This document shows, piece after piece, positions 28,893-42,365 of a stretch of DNA of 64,000 nucleotides. The notes under the pieces were generated by a model, which did not search any database, was not told where the DNA came from, and saw only the letters and a list, made by a program, of their open reading frames with translations. Numbering within the stretch: position 1 is the stretch's first letter; each line of letters opens with the position of its first letter. The position numbers and the translations under genes were made by a program. Origin of the DNA: an uncultured bacterium (GTDB lineage Bacteria > UBP7 > UBA6624); NCBI GenBank assembly GCA_964012435.1, contig CAXGSM010000003.1:1-64000 (forward strand), in the 5' to 3' direction.

Positions 28893-28893
<1 letters not shown>
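27373..28893 (+). CDS. atpA: ATP synthase subunit alpha
   Basis: GDRQIGKT and [23 protein letters not shown] motifs. Confidence 0.98.
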
Positions 28894-31578
<2,685 letters not shown>

Positions 31579-31592
<14 letters not shown>

Positions 31593-32838
31593 GATTGAAA
31601 TCAAAGGCGGGCAACCCCTGAAGGGTGATTTTAATGTGCAGCCTTCTAAGAATGCGGTATTACCTATTCTTGCTTCAACAATAATTGCAAATGATAAATG
31701 CAGACTTCATCCTGTTGTAAAGATAGCTGATGTGGATGTTGCTGTAGACATCTTGGAAAAATTAGGTGCTAAATGTTCATGGGAAGATGGTGGTATTAAT
31801 GTTGATACAAGACCTATTGACAGCTATTCAATAGATTTAAATCTAAGTAAAAAAATGCGCGCAAGCGTTTTGTTTTTAGGAGCACTTTTAGCGAGGTTTG
31901 GTAAAGCCAAAGTCTATTTGCCTGGAGGGTGCAAGATAGGAAAAAGACCTATAGATTTTCATTTAGCTGGTTTTGAATCTTTGGGTTTTCAATGTAGGTA
32001 CCATGAAGATGGTCTTATTGAAGTTTTTTACGATAGGAAAAAAGATAAAAAAGACAAAAAAATAGTAAACATGGTGGGTGTTAGCGTTGGGGCAACTGAA
32101 AATATCCTTATGGCTTCTATGTTTTTTAAAATGAATGTAATTATTAATAATGCTGCAAGAGAGCCTGAAATTATTTCTTTATGCAAGGCCTTGAAGCGGT
32201 ATGGAGCAAAAATCAAAGGCATAGGAAGTTCCTCTTTGTCTGTTGAATCTGATTCTTTTTCTGGATCAAAAATAATAATTCCTTCAGACAGAATTGTCGC
32301 TGGAACTTTCGCATGTTGTTTTTTATCAAGTAGGGGTTATGGAAAAATACGCAATTACCCTTTTGACGATTTGGAATCTTTTACAGCCCTCATTCAATCG
32401 ATGGGAGCAAGAGTGAAGAGGGATAAAAATGATATTTATATAAAATCGCCAAAATCAATAAAAGCAATTAACTTCCAAACTGGACCCCATCCTGCTTTTC
32501 CTACTGATTTACAGCCTTTAGTAAGTGCAGTTTTATGCAAGGCTGAAGGCACAAGCAGGATTGTTGAAACAGTTTTTGAAAAAAGATTTTTACATTTGAA
32601 ACAACTGCGAAAAATGGGAGCCAATGTCACGATAAAAAATCAAGAGTGTATTATTGAAGGTGTGAAAAATTTAAATAGTGCTGAATTAAACTCAACAGAT
32701 TTAAGATGTGCAGCAGCCTTAATAGTCGCTGCATTATCAGAAGAAAAAAAATGTATCATTTTTGACAAGGGACATTTGAAGAGAGGTTATTATAATTTTA
32801 TTGAACAGCTTCAAGAAAATGGTGTAAAGGTAGTTTGA
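31579..32838 (+). CDS. murA: UDP-N-acetylglucosamine 1-carboxyvinyltransferase; start probably upstream of the called GTG 31636
   Basis: SKNA, MRAS, LPGGCKIGKRP (active Cys), SVGATEN and FPTDLQ. The conserved N-terminus KIEIKGGQPLKG lies in frame upstream of 31636. Confidence 0.93.
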
Positions 32839-34109
32839 AAGATTTTTTGAAAAAGTATTTGGCTTGGTTTTTTCCAGGCATGAACATTAAGAGATGGACA
32901 TGGTTGGCTTTATTTGGGCTTATCGTGTTTAGTTTTGGAATGCATGGTTTTTTGGTCTCAAATATAGATAAAGAATTATCTTTATCCTTGATGAGTTTTT
33001 TGATGGAAGAAGTTTTCTTTACTAATTTATTTTTGATTGGTGGTTTTTTTATTTTTATCTTAGGTGTTTATAGGATAAATCAAATATTAATCAGGTCGGT
33101 AAGCAAGGATTTGAAAAAAGGACAGCTGGCAGGCAAGGTTTTTGTGGATCAGGTTCTTTCTCACAGAATGTCAGTTACCGTTATAGGTGGAGGACATGGG
33201 CTCTCAACTCTTCTTAGAGGTTTAAAGAAATGGACAACAAACATCAATGCAGTCGTGACTGTAGCTGATTCTGGTGGATCGAGTGGTATGCTCAGAGATG
33301 AATTTGGATCTATACCGCAAGGAGATATTAGAAACTGTTTGGTTGCATTGGCTGAAAATGAATCCTTCATGGAAAGGTTTTTTCAGTATAGGTTCAAAAA
33401 GGGAAAAATCAAAGGCCATTCATTGGGTAATTTAATTCTTTTTGCTCTTTCTGAGCAGGAAAAAAACTTAGCAAAAGGTATAGGTGATATCGGTAAAGCG
33501 TTTAATTTAATGGGTTCTGTCATTCCTGCCGCTAATATTCCTTTGACTTTAATCGGTGAAAAAGAAAATGGAGAGGTTATTGAAGGGGAAGCTAACCTAC
33601 CTAAGTCGGACGGAAGAATTTTTAATTTGAGATTAAAAGAAAAAGACGTAAAGCCGACATTGGAAGCGATAAAAGCTATTCAGGATTCTGATTTGATAAT
33701 TTTTGGACCCGGTAGCCTGTTTACTTCAGTTATCGCAAATTTATTGATTGAGGATCTTTCAAATGAAATTAAGCAATCTAAAGCATGTAAGGTTTATATT
33801 TCAAACATGATGACTCAAAATGGAGAAACAAATGACATGTCTGTTGAAGATCATATGTTTGAAATAATTTCTAAAATTGGTAAATTGGATTACATAATTT
33901 TAAATAAAGAAGTATCTGAAAAGCAAAAGAAAAGATATGCTGAAAGAGGTGTTGCGCCTTTAAAATATGATTTAATAAATTTGCTTGCTTCTGGCGTTAA
34001 GCCAATAGTGAAAAGATTTACAAATGAGAAAAAATTTGCTCATCATGATCCTGATAAATTAGGTAAATGTATATATGAGATTGCTAAAAAATGGAGGAAG
34101 AAAAAATGA
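32835..34109 (+). CDS. yvcK: YvcK/GlmR (gluconeogenesis factor, CofD-like) with N-terminal TM extension
   Basis: IGGGHGLS.LLRGLK, VTVADSGGSSG, GDIRNC, GHSLGNL, GPGSLFTS and HDP motifs. Confidence 0.9.
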   Translation: MKDFLKKYLAWFFPGMNIKRWTWLALFGLIVFSFGMHGFLVSNIDKELSLSLMSFLMEEVFFTNLFLIGGFFIFILGVYRINQILIRSVSKDLKKGQLAGKVFVDQVLSHRMSVTVIGGGHGLSTLLRGLKKWTTNINAVVTVADSGGSSGMLRDEFGSIPQGDIRNCLVALAENESFMERFFQYRFKKGKIKGHSLGNLILFALSEQEKNLAKGIGDIGKAFNLMGSVIPAANIPLTLIGEKENGEVIEGEANLPKSDGRIFNLRLKEKDVKPTLEAIKAIQDSDLIIFGPGSLFTSVIANLLIEDLSNEIKQSKACKVYISNMMTQNGETNDMSVEDHMFEIISKIGKLDYIILNKEVSEKQKKRYAERGVAPLKYDLINLLASGVKPIVKRFTNEKKFAHHDPDKLGKCIYEIAKKWRKKK

Positions 34110-35113
34110 AAATTAAACTTGCAATTAATGGATTTGGAAGGATAGGGCGACTTGTTTTTAGGTCCGCATTCGGAAGGGAAGGTGTTGAAATAGTAGGAAT
34201 CAATGATTTAATGCCTGTTGAATCTTTAGCGCATTTACTAAAGTACGATTCAGTTTATGGTAAGTTGCCTTTTGAGGTGAGGGCAGAAGGTTCTAGTCTC
34301 CATGTTGATGGTCAGGAGATTCCTATTTTCAATTCACGTAACCCTGAAGATTTGCCTTGGGGTAATATTGGAGTTGATTACGTTGTTGAGTCAACAGGTA
34401 TATTCAGAACAAAAGAACTTGCTTCATCTCATGTCAAAGCAGGAGCAAGAAGAGTGATTATTTCAGCTCCTGGAAAAGGTGATATAGATGGTACTTTTGT
34501 AATGGGTGTAAACCATAAAGACTTTAATGCTTCAAAAGATGTAATTGTTAGTAATGCCTCCTGTACGACAAATTGTTTAGCACCCATTGCTAAAGTTTTG
34601 AATGATAATTATGGTATTGAAGAAGGTTTAATGACGACCATTCATGCCTACACCGCTGGACAAAATCTTATTGATGGCCCAAATAAAGATTTACGAAGAG
34701 CTCGATCTGCTGCATTAAATACTGTTCCAACAAGCACTGGCGCAGCCAAAGCAATAGGTGTTGTTTTGCCGGAAATAAAAGGTAAATTAAATGGTATGGC
34801 TATTAGGGTTCCTACACCAACGGTTTCACTTGTTGATTTAACCGTTAAAGTTGAGCATTCTGCTGATAGTGTTGAGTCTGTAAATGAAAAATTCAAACAA
34901 GCTAGCGAAAGTGAATTAAAGGGAATCCTTGGATATGAAGATATTCCACTAGTCTCAAAAGATTTTGAAGGAGATAAAAGGTCTTCGATACTTGATGCTG
35001 CTTCAACTTATGTTATGGGTTCTTTGATAAAGGTTCTTTCATGGTATGACAATGAGACTGGCTACGCGACAAGGGTTGTTGATTTGGCAGAGTATATGGC
35101 GGCAAATGAGTGA
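34106..35113 (+). CDS. gap: Glyceraldehyde-3-phosphate dehydrogenase (type I)
   Basis: INGFGRIGR, SNASCTTNCL and WYDNE motifs; GGAGG SD before ATG 34106. Confidence 0.97.
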   Translation: MKIKLAINGFGRIGRLVFRSAFGREGVEIVGINDLMPVESLAHLLKYDSVYGKLPFEVRAEGSSLHVDGQEIPIFNSRNPEDLPWGNIGVDYVVESTGIFRTKELASSHVKAGARRVIISAPGKGDIDGTFVMGVNHKDFNASKDVIVSNASCTTNCLAPIAKVLNDNYGIEEGLMTTIHAYTAGQNLIDGPNKDLRRARSAALNTVPTSTGAAKAIGVVLPEIKGKLNGMAIRVPTPTVSLVDLTVKVEHSADSVESVNEKFKQASESELKGILGYEDIPLVSKDFEGDKRSSILDAASTYVMGSLIKVLSWYDNETGYATRVVDLAEYMAANE

Positions 35114-36267
35114 TTGATCAAAAATGGTATAAGCGTTTTAAAGCAAAAAATGTACTTTTAAGACTTGATTTAAATGTTCCTATATCTGATTCTCAAATTC
35201 TTGATGATTCAAGAGTTCTAAGCTCAATTGAAACCGTTAAAAGACTTTATGAAGCTGGCGCAAAAGTTATTGTTGTTAGTCATTTGGGCAAACCAGATGG
35301 TAAAAATAATCCAGAGTTAAGCCTTAAGCCTGTTGTAGAAAGTTTTTCTCAAAATTCTAATCTTCCTTGTTTTTTACACCTTGGAAATATTGATAGAAAG
35401 TCAATAAAAAAACAATTGAAACATTCAGTTGTTTTTTTAGAGAATGTCAGATTTGAACCGGGAGAAAAAAATTGTGAAGAAGGTTTCGTTAAAAAACTTG
35501 CAGGCATTGCAGATTTTTTTATCAATGATGCTTTCTCAGTTTCACATAGATCACATGCATCGGTTTCTGGTGTTGCACAGCATTTACCCTCTTTTGCAGG
35601 GCCATCAATATTGCACGAGACACAAAACCTTAATACGTTAATTGAAAATCCTAAAAAGCCTTTTTGGGTTGTTATGGGTGGTGCAAAATTAAAAACAAAG
35701 ATGCCATTGATAGACTCTTTAAAAGACAAAGTCCAAGGTTTTTTATTGGGTGGAGGAATTGCTAATACCTTCTATAAGGCATTAGGTCATGAAATAGGTT
35801 CCAGTCTTCATGATCCTGACAACCTGAATTGGGCAAGGAGTTTTTTTGAATGGTGTCAACTTGAAGGTTCTCCAAAATTAATCTTGCCACAAAAAGTTAT
35901 TGTTAAAAATAAAAATAGTTTCAAGGAAAAGGATTTTACAGAAGTGCTTCCTGAAGATAATATCTTGGATGCAAGTCCGTCTTCAATATCGGATTCATTC
36001 AAGGATTTAGATTCTGTAAAGACATTTTTTTGGAATGGAGCTTTTGGAGCATTTGAAATGAAAGGCGCAAGTCAAGGTACTGAATCTTTAGCTGTGATAT
36101 TAGGAAACCATTCAGCTAAGGTTTATATAGGTGGAGGTGAAACTTTGGCATCTGTTAAGATGGCAAAAATGGAAGGAAGTTTTTATTTTGAATCTTTAGC
36201 TGGAGGAGCAACTTTGTATTATCTTTCAGGTAAAAAATTACCTGGTTTGGAGGTTTTAAATTTATGA
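35110..36267 (+). CDS. pgk: Phosphoglycerate kinase (divergent)
   Basis: RLDLNVP, LENVRF, NDAFS.SHR.HAS, GGAK, GGGIANTF and LPG motifs. Confidence 0.93.
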   Translation: MIDQKWYKRFKAKNVLLRLDLNVPISDSQILDDSRVLSSIETVKRLYEAGAKVIVVSHLGKPDGKNNPELSLKPVVESFSQNSNLPCFLHLGNIDRKSIKKQLKHSVVFLENVRFEPGEKNCEEGFVKKLAGIADFFINDAFSVSHRSHASVSGVAQHLPSFAGPSILHETQNLNTLIENPKKPFWVVMGGAKLKTKMPLIDSLKDKVQGFLLGGGIANTFYKALGHEIGSSLHDPDNLNWARSFFEWCQLEGSPKLILPQKVIVKNKNSFKEKDFTEVLPEDNILDASPSSISDSFKDLDSVKTFFWNGAFGAFEMKGASQGTESLAVILGNHSAKVYIGGGETLASVKMAKMEGSFYFESLAGGATLYYLSGKKLPGLEVLNL

Positions 36268-36974
36268 CGATAATTGCAGGAAACTGGAAAATGAACCATG
36301 ATTCTGATTCATCTTTGGCTTTTTTTGAAAAGCTTCAATCTTATGGTCCAATACCTAACAATGTAAAAACTATTATTTTTCCAACCTTTCTTTGTTTCGG
36401 TTCAGCACAAACTAATTCATTAGGGGTTGAAATTGGCGCGCAAAATGGCAATCCTGAAAAATCAGGTGCTTTAACTGGTGAGGTTTCTATTTTTGATTTT
36501 CCAAAAATAGACATTAATTGGCTTTTAGTTGGGCATAGCGAAAGAAGACATATCTTTAAAGAAGACTCAAAACTTTTGAAAAGAAAAGTTGAAACCGCAT
36601 TGAGCCTTGGGCTTAAAACTATTTATTGTGTTGGAGAAACAATTGAAGAAAAAGAAAAAGGCTTAACAGGAGAGGTTTTAAAGAAGCAAATTTCTTATCT
36701 TGAAAATTTTCTTTCTGATAAAAATTTAATAATAGCATATGAGCCAGTGTGGGCAATTGGAAGTGGTATGCCTGCAGGTTCTAAAGATGCCGATGAGGCA
36801 TCATTATTATGTAAGGATTTCTGCAAAAGAGATATTGATGTTCTTTATGGCGGTTCTGTTAATAGTCAAAATGTATCTAATTATTTAAGTTCAGGTTTGA
36901 TCAGTGGTTTTTTGATTGGTGGGGCAAGTTTGAATGCTGATAGTTACAGAGATTTAATTGATGCTGTTGCCTAA
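36264..36974 (+). CDS. tpiA: Triosephosphate isomerase
   Basis: AGNWKMN, GHSERR, AYEPVWAIG and YGGSV motifs. Confidence 0.97.
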   Translation: MTIIAGNWKMNHDSDSSLAFFEKLQSYGPIPNNVKTIIFPTFLCFGSAQTNSLGVEIGAQNGNPEKSGALTGEVSIFDFPKIDINWLLVGHSERRHIFKEDSKLLKRKVETALSLGLKTIYCVGETIEEKEKGLTGEVLKKQISYLENFLSDKNLIIAYEPVWAIGSGMPAGSKDADEASLLCKDFCKRDIDVLYGGSVNSQNVSNYLSSGLISGFLIGGASLNADSYRDLIDAVA

Positions 36975-38086
36975 TGTTGAGAGTTCCAAATTTTATTTAT
37001 CCAGTTTTTATTCTTTCTTTTTTAGGTGTCTGTATACAACTATATTTAAGTAATTCTGGTAGTGACTCTATAAAAACAGTTTCTCTTATGATTGTCGCGT
37101 ATCTTGCAGGTTATTTTTTTTCTAGACAAAAGGTTAATAATGCTTGGAACATATCAATAATAAGTACAGTTATCTGTTTTCTTCTTTTGATTTTGGTTTT
37201 GTTTTTACCAGAGATAAGAGGTATTAATTCATGGATCAGAATAGGACCTTTTACACTTCAGCCTTCTGAATTGGCTAAAGTCGGATTGATTGTAGTAAAT
37301 TCAGTTATTCTAGGCGGAAGAAAAGGTGTTGGCTTGGGGCCAATGAATGGATTTGTTTTTTGTCTCTTGGTGAATGCGTTGGTTTTTATTTTGATTGCAT
37401 TACAGCCAGAAATGGGAACATTGATAGTTATGGCTGGGATAACATGGATTCAAGTTTTTTGCTCAAAAGTGAACAAGTTTTTAAGTACAGGCTTGCCGAT
37501 TATTGCAATCTTGATTTTTTTTATAGGTGGGAAAAGTTTGATTCCTTTTTACGAAAGTGTTCCTTTTGTAAAACCTCACCAGGTCAAAAGGATTGAGACA
37601 TTTTTTGCTGGTTCTGAAGCTCCATTAGATGATCGTCGTCAACTTAAGTATACGCATATCCAGATGGCTGAAGGTGGATTGTGGGGTTCTGGTTTTTCAG
37701 AATCTGTTAAGCAGGAGTTAGCTTGGATTCCAGAACGTCAAAATGATTTTGTTATCGGTGTTTTTTTTAGAACCGGAGGCCTTTTTCTAGTTTCCTTGAT
37801 TATTGGCTTGTATTCTTGGGCCTCATTTGGGGCTTTGAATTTTTCGGAAAGAATTCCTCCTGGAGCAGCCAAACAGTTGCTTGTAGGTTTTGCGGGTTAC
37901 GTGATTTTCCATTGCTGTTTTAACGTAGGGGTTGCTTTAGGCTTGATTCCAACAACTGGTTTCCCGTTAATACCCTTGTCTCAAGGTGGCTCAGGGTGGA
38001 TATCGCTCGGATGTTTAGTAGGATTGGTGTTAAGTGTTTTATCTAGTCATCTAAACCTTTATAATTCTAGGGTTGTTGGAGGGTAA
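36974..38086 (+). CDS. SEDS-family peptidoglycan glycosyltransferase (RodA/FtsW)
   Basis: SWIRIGPFTLQPSELAK, IPERQNDF and PTTGFPLIPLSQGGS motifs. Confidence 0.88.
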   Translation: MLRVPNFIYPVFILSFLGVCIQLYLSNSGSDSIKTVSLMIVAYLAGYFFSRQKVNNAWNISIISTVICFLLLILVLFLPEIRGINSWIRIGPFTLQPSELAKVGLIVVNSVILGGRKGVGLGPMNGFVFCLLVNALVFILIALQPEMGTLIVMAGITWIQVFCSKVNKFLSTGLPIIAILIFFIGGKSLIPFYESVPFVKPHQVKRIETFFAGSEAPLDDRRQLKYTHIQMAEGGLWGSGFSESVKQELAWIPERQNDFVIGVFFRTGGLFLVSLIIGLYSWASFGALNFSERIPPGAAKQLLVGFAGYVIFHCCFNVGVALGLIPTTGFPLIPLSQGGSGWISLGCLVGLVLSVLSSHLNLYNSRVVGG

Positions 38087-38091
38087 CAATT

Positions 38092-38949
38092 ATGAAAAAA
38101 ATATTATTTATACTTTGTGGTTTGATTTTTAGCAGCAATTTATTTGCTTTGCCTAGTCATTATGCTGGGAACAACGGTTCTTCAGGTTATTTTTTAACGC
38201 CTACAGCAGAAATGCCTAATAAAAATGAAATCAGAATTGGTTTTTCTCAGGTTTCTGAACCAGAGGCAGACTTCTTTTATCTTTCTAGATGGGGTACCCA
38301 AAATATGTCTGATGCTAATTCAGATGTTTTGCATTTAGGTGGTATCTCTTGGTGGATGGGCGAAGGCCTTGAAGGTGGTTGGAGCACTTCAAATGTTCAT
38401 GGGTATGACTGGCATCAATTTACGATTAAAAAGTCATTGCGCAATAATCCAGATTCATTTTTTGGAAGAATCTCAATGGGTGGAACTATGGGTTGGACTG
38501 CATCTCATGGTAATTTTGAAGAATGGGGTGGCTTTATTGTTGCTCAATCCCCTTACTCTAGAGGTGATTTTAATTTAGGCATCAATATTGGTGCTGATGA
38601 ATTAGATGCTACAGAAGCTTCATTTTTTGGAAATTTCAGTCTTTGGTTTTCACCTAGATTGAAAATGCATTATGAATTTGCATCTTCGGCATTTGTCACT
38701 AAGGAACCTGGACAAAGTGTTGCGTTATGGTGGCAAACAAGCCCCGATAACCCTTTATGGATTAGCCTTGGTGCAACAACTTTAGAAAGTTATGGTTGTA
38801 CTGTTAATTTGACAGGTTGTGACAATGACGCTTTCAGAACAGATGAAACAATGTTTACTTTTGGATTTGCACTTGGTGTAAATAGTTATTTTGACTACGA
38901 AGAAGAAGATGAACTTGTTGAATTATTTGAAACGTTTGGGAAGCCTTAA
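38092..38949 (+). CDS. Exported YjbH-like / outer-membrane beta-barrel-like protein
   Basis: Signal peptide, GSSGYFLTPTA motif and aromatic amphipathic strands. Confidence 0.55.
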   Translation: MKKILFILCGLIFSSNLFALPSHYAGNNGSSGYFLTPTAEMPNKNEIRIGFSQVSEPEADFFYLSRWGTQNMSDANSDVLHLGGISWWMGEGLEGGWSTSNVHGYDWHQFTIKKSLRNNPDSFFGRISMGGTMGWTASHGNFEEWGGFIVAQSPYSRGDFNLGINIGADELDATEASFFGNFSLWFSPRLKMHYEFASSAFVTKEPGQSVALWWQTSPDNPLWISLGATTLESYGCTVNLTGCDNDAFRTDETMFTFGFALGVNSYFDYEEEDELVELFETFGKP

Positions 38950-38976
38950 AAATATAGTCTTTTTTCGAAACCTGCT

Positions 38977-40035
38977 ATGAAAGGGTTGATTCTATCTGGA
39001 GGTAGTGGAACCAGGCTAAGGCCTTTAACTCACACCAGAGCCAAACAATTGCTTCCTATTGTGGGAGCCCCTATACTTCATCACATATTGGATTCTTTAG
39101 AGGATGCAGGCATAAAGGAAACTGTTATTCTTATTTCTCCAGAAACAGGTGATTTAGTGAGAGAATCTTGCGGACCATCTTGGCGTTCTATGAATTTGGA
39201 ATATGTTGTTCAAGATAAACCCTTAGGTCTTGCACACGCTGTTGCAACAGCAAGGCCACTTCTTGGAGACGATCCTTTCCTTTTGTTTTTAGGAGACAAT
39301 GTTTTAAAAGGCGGTATTAAGAAATACGCAGATGAATTTCAGTCTAAAAACATGGATTCAATGGTTCTTCTTTCAAAAGTTGATAGACCACAGCAATTTG
39401 GTGTTGCTATTTTTGAGGGTGAAGAACTTGTTGGAATGATTGAAAAGCCAAAAAATCCACCTTCTGATCTTGCGCTTGTCGGCATCTATTTTTTTAACAA
39501 TAAAATTCATAAAATAATTGAAGATCTAAAACCTTCCGACAGGGGTGAGTATGAGATAACTGATGCTATCCAAGGTCTTATTGACGATTCTGTAAAAGTT
39601 CATCATATGAGAGTTGATGGTTGGTGGAAAGATACCGGCTTGCCTGAGGATTTGATAGAGGCAAATAAGTTGCTGCTGGAAGATGTGGAAACAAGATTTG
39701 ATGGTGTTGTTTCAGGTGGTCGAATTGATGGAAAGGTTGTCATTGAGAAAGGAGCTAAAGTTGAAAATTCATATATTGAAGGTCCTGTTTATATAGGTAA
39801 AAATTCAGTAGTTAAAAATTCCAATATCAGTGCCGGAACAAGCATTGGAGAAAATTGTCGTATAAATACAGTTGATATCGGTAACTCCATAATTATGGAT
39901 AATTGTGTTCTTTCTGCAGTTTCATATCCCATGTCAAGTTGCTTGATTGGAGAGGGGTGTACAGTGAAAGGAAATACCGACACAAGATTAAATGTAGTTC
40001 TTGGGGATAGGTCTGTTCTTGAGGTTCCCGATTAA
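38977..40035 (+). CDS. rmlA: Glucose-1-phosphate thymidylyltransferase (long form)
   Basis: GGSGTRLRPLT..AKQL, GLAHAV, EKP, RGEYEITD and WWKDTG motifs; hexapeptide C-terminus. Confidence 0.88.
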   Translation: MKGLILSGGSGTRLRPLTHTRAKQLLPIVGAPILHHILDSLEDAGIKETVILISPETGDLVRESCGPSWRSMNLEYVVQDKPLGLAHAVATARPLLGDDPFLLFLGDNVLKGGIKKYADEFQSKNMDSMVLLSKVDRPQQFGVAIFEGEELVGMIEKPKNPPSDLALVGIYFFNNKIHKIIEDLKPSDRGEYEITDAIQGLIDDSVKVHHMRVDGWWKDTGLPEDLIEANKLLLEDVETRFDGVVSGGRIDGKVVIEKGAKVENSYIEGPVYIGKNSVVKNSNISAGTSIGENCRINTVDIGNSIIMDNCVLSAVSYPMSSCLIGEGCTVKGNTDTRLNVVLGDRSVLEVPD

Positions 40036-41007
40036 ATGTCGAGAAAAGTTCTTGTTACTGGTGGGGCTGGATTCGTAGGTAGCAATCTTGCTTTAGACCT
40101 GGAATCAAAAGGTTTTAGTGTAAGTGTTATTGACGGCTTGATAGAGGGTTCAGGAGCAAACCTTTTTAATTTAGAGGGATTTACAGGTGAATTTTTGGAG
40201 GCTGATATTCGCAAACCTGAAAAATACCAATCTTTACTAAGGGATCAGGATGTAGTTATACATTTAGCTGGTCATGTAAGCCATGTTGATTCAATGATTG
40301 ATCCTGAAAATGATTTGAACCATAACACCTTAGGGACTTTAAGACTTCTTTACTCATTTAAGGATAATTGTCCTGAAGCATTATTTGTTTATGGTGGCAC
40401 AAGGGGACAGTATGGCAAGGTTCTTAATCCTCCAGCAACAAAAGATACAGCTTTGCATCCAACGGATATATATGGGGTAAACAAGACAGCTGGTGAACAG
40501 TATGCACTAGTTCTTTCCAGAACAAGCAACATAAAAGCTTGTTCTGTGAGGTTTACTAATGCTTATGGTCCAAGACATCAAATGAAACATTCAAAATGGG
40601 GTATATTGAATTGGTTTTTAAGGCTTGCCATGGATGGTCAGGATTTGACTGTCTATGGTGAAGGGGAGCAGCTTCGTGAGTATGCATGGATTGGTGATAT
40701 AACCAATGCTTTTGCTAAATTATGTAATATTGATCCCTTGAAAGCTAATGGTGAGATATTGAATTTAGGAGCAGCAGAAAGAGTATCTTTTGCTCAAATG
40801 TCTGAAAAGATTGTAAATATAGTTGGTTTAAGTAAAGTTGTGAGTGTAGAGTGGCCTGAAGACAGAAAATCAATAGAGGTAGGCGACTTTATATCCGATG
40901 ATTCACATTCTAGAGAATTGCTTAGCTGGAAGCCATCTTTGGCTATTGATGAAGGGCTGAGGCGAACATTTGACTTTTACAACAAGCATAAAAGTAGGTA
41001 TTGGTGA
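40036..41007 (+). CDS. NAD-dependent nucleotide-sugar epimerase/dehydratase
   Basis: TGGAGFVGS, YGVNK and NAYGP motifs. Confidence 0.88.
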   Translation: MSRKVLVTGGAGFVGSNLALDLESKGFSVSVIDGLIEGSGANLFNLEGFTGEFLEADIRKPEKYQSLLRDQDVVIHLAGHVSHVDSMIDPENDLNHNTLGTLRLLYSFKDNCPEALFVYGGTRGQYGKVLNPPATKDTALHPTDIYGVNKTAGEQYALVLSRTSNIKACSVRFTNAYGPRHQMKHSKWGILNWFLRLAMDGQDLTVYGEGEQLREYAWIGDITNAFAKLCNIDPLKANGEILNLGAAERVSFAQMSEKIVNIVGLSKVVSVEWPEDRKSIEVGDFISDDSHSRELLSWKPSLAIDEGLRRTFDFYNKHKSRYW

Positions 41008-41528
41008 TAGATGAAAACAAGTTCGAATCTGTTGTTTTTGGTGCAGGTTGTTTTTGGTGTGTAGAGGCTATTTTCCTAAGGGTTGAAGGCGTTGAAAGTG
41101 TTGTTTCAGGTTATTCAGGCGGCTCCTTGGAGGATGCTAACTACAAAGCTGTTTGTTCGGGTTCAACTGGTCATGCTGAAGTTTGTAAGATATCCTTTGA
41201 TCCAAATATAGTTGCACTAAAAGATTTGTTGAAAGTTTTTTTTGAGACACATGATCCAACAACATTGAATCGTCAAGGTTCAGACACAGGAACCCAATAC
41301 AGGTCTGCAATATTTTATTCAGATGAAGATCAAAAAAAGATTTCTAAAGAATTTATTGACGCCCTTGACGCAAATGAGGTTTTCAAAAAACCGATTGTCA
41401 CAAGTTTAGAACCTTTGAATGATTTTTATAAAGCTGAGCAGTATCATCAGAATTATTATGAATTGAATAAGACTCAACCTTATTGCCAAATTGTTGTTAA
41501 GAAAAAAATTGATGATTTTTTAAGCTAA
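41004..41528 (+). CDS. msrA: Peptide-methionine (S)-S-oxide reductase
   Basis: GCFWCVE, GHAE, HDPTTLNRQG and AEQYHQNY motifs. Confidence 0.96.
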   Translation: MIDENKFESVVFGAGCFWCVEAIFLRVEGVESVVSGYSGGSLEDANYKAVCSGSTGHAEVCKISFDPNIVALKDLLKVFFETHDPTTLNRQGSDTGTQYRSAIFYSDEDQKKISKEFIDALDANEVFKKPIVTSLEPLNDFYKAEQYHQNYYELNKTQPYCQIVVKKKIDDFLS

Positions 41529-41543
41529 AAATTAAAGAAAGGG

Positions 41544-42365
41544 TTATTTTTTACCCATTGAGCTGAAGTATTTTTTTCTTAACGAATTACTAATTGAATC
41601 AATAAGCATAACACTTACAAACATAATCATTAGTATCGACATGACTCTGTCATAAATACCCAGTTTTAAATATAGGTTAAGGTAATATCCAATTCCTCCA
41701 GCTCCGACAAGGCCAATGATTGCACCATGCCTCATGTTGTATTCAAGCATAAAGAGAAGTTGAGACATGAGGCTGTTTGCTGATTCTGGAAGGACAACAT
41801 GGTGAACTATTTGCCATTTTTTCATCCCGATTGCTCTTGCGCTTTCAATAGGATGATTGCTTACACCCTCAAATGCTTCGTATTGTAGTTTTCCAAGAAA
41901 TCCAACAGTGTAAATCGTCATTGCAAGAACTCCTGCCAGTGGCCCTAAACCAACAGCAACAACAAAGAAAATTGCCCATACTAAGCTTGGTAAAACACGT
42001 ATGAATGAGAGTATTGATCTTGATATAAATTTAAATTTTCCAAAATTTAGATTAGAAGATGCAATAACTGAAAGAGGGATTGCAAGAAGGAATCCTAATA
42101 TTGTTGCAATGTATGCCATTTGAAATGTTTCTGAAAGGCCTAACCATGCAACACTACAAAAGAATGGAATTTTTTTTTCACATATAGGGTAAGGCTGAGC
42201 ATCAAATATGCTCATGTCCAATGGCAATGCTTCCTGAATGAAGTCTTTTGAATTCCTGCCTCCTTCAATAATCGATCCAGTATCAAGGTTTAGATTATTT
42301 GAGAATGCAAATAAAATAAAAATGATTATCAGTAAGCTGAGTTGAGTTTTATTTTTTTCTGTCAT
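41544..42365 (-). CDS. phnE: PhnE/PtxC-type phosphonate/phosphite ABC permease
   Basis: ETFQMA, R.LPSLVWAIFFV..VGLGP, GKL.YEA.E and EYNMR..GLVGAGGIG motifs. Confidence 0.85.
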   Translation of the reverse strand: MTEKNKTQLSLLIIIFILFAFSNNLNLDTGSIIEGGRNSKDFIQEALPLDMSIFDAQPYPICEKKIPFFCSVAWLGLSETFQMAYIATILGFLLAIPLSVIASSNLNFGKFKFISRSILSFIRVLPSLVWAIFFVVAVGLGPLAGVLAMTIYTVGFLGKLQYEAFEGVSNHPIESARAIGMKKWQIVHHVVLPESANSLMSQLLFMLEYNMRHGAIIGLVGAGGIGYYLNLYLKLGIYDRVMSILMIMFVSVMLIDSISNSLRKKYFSSMGKK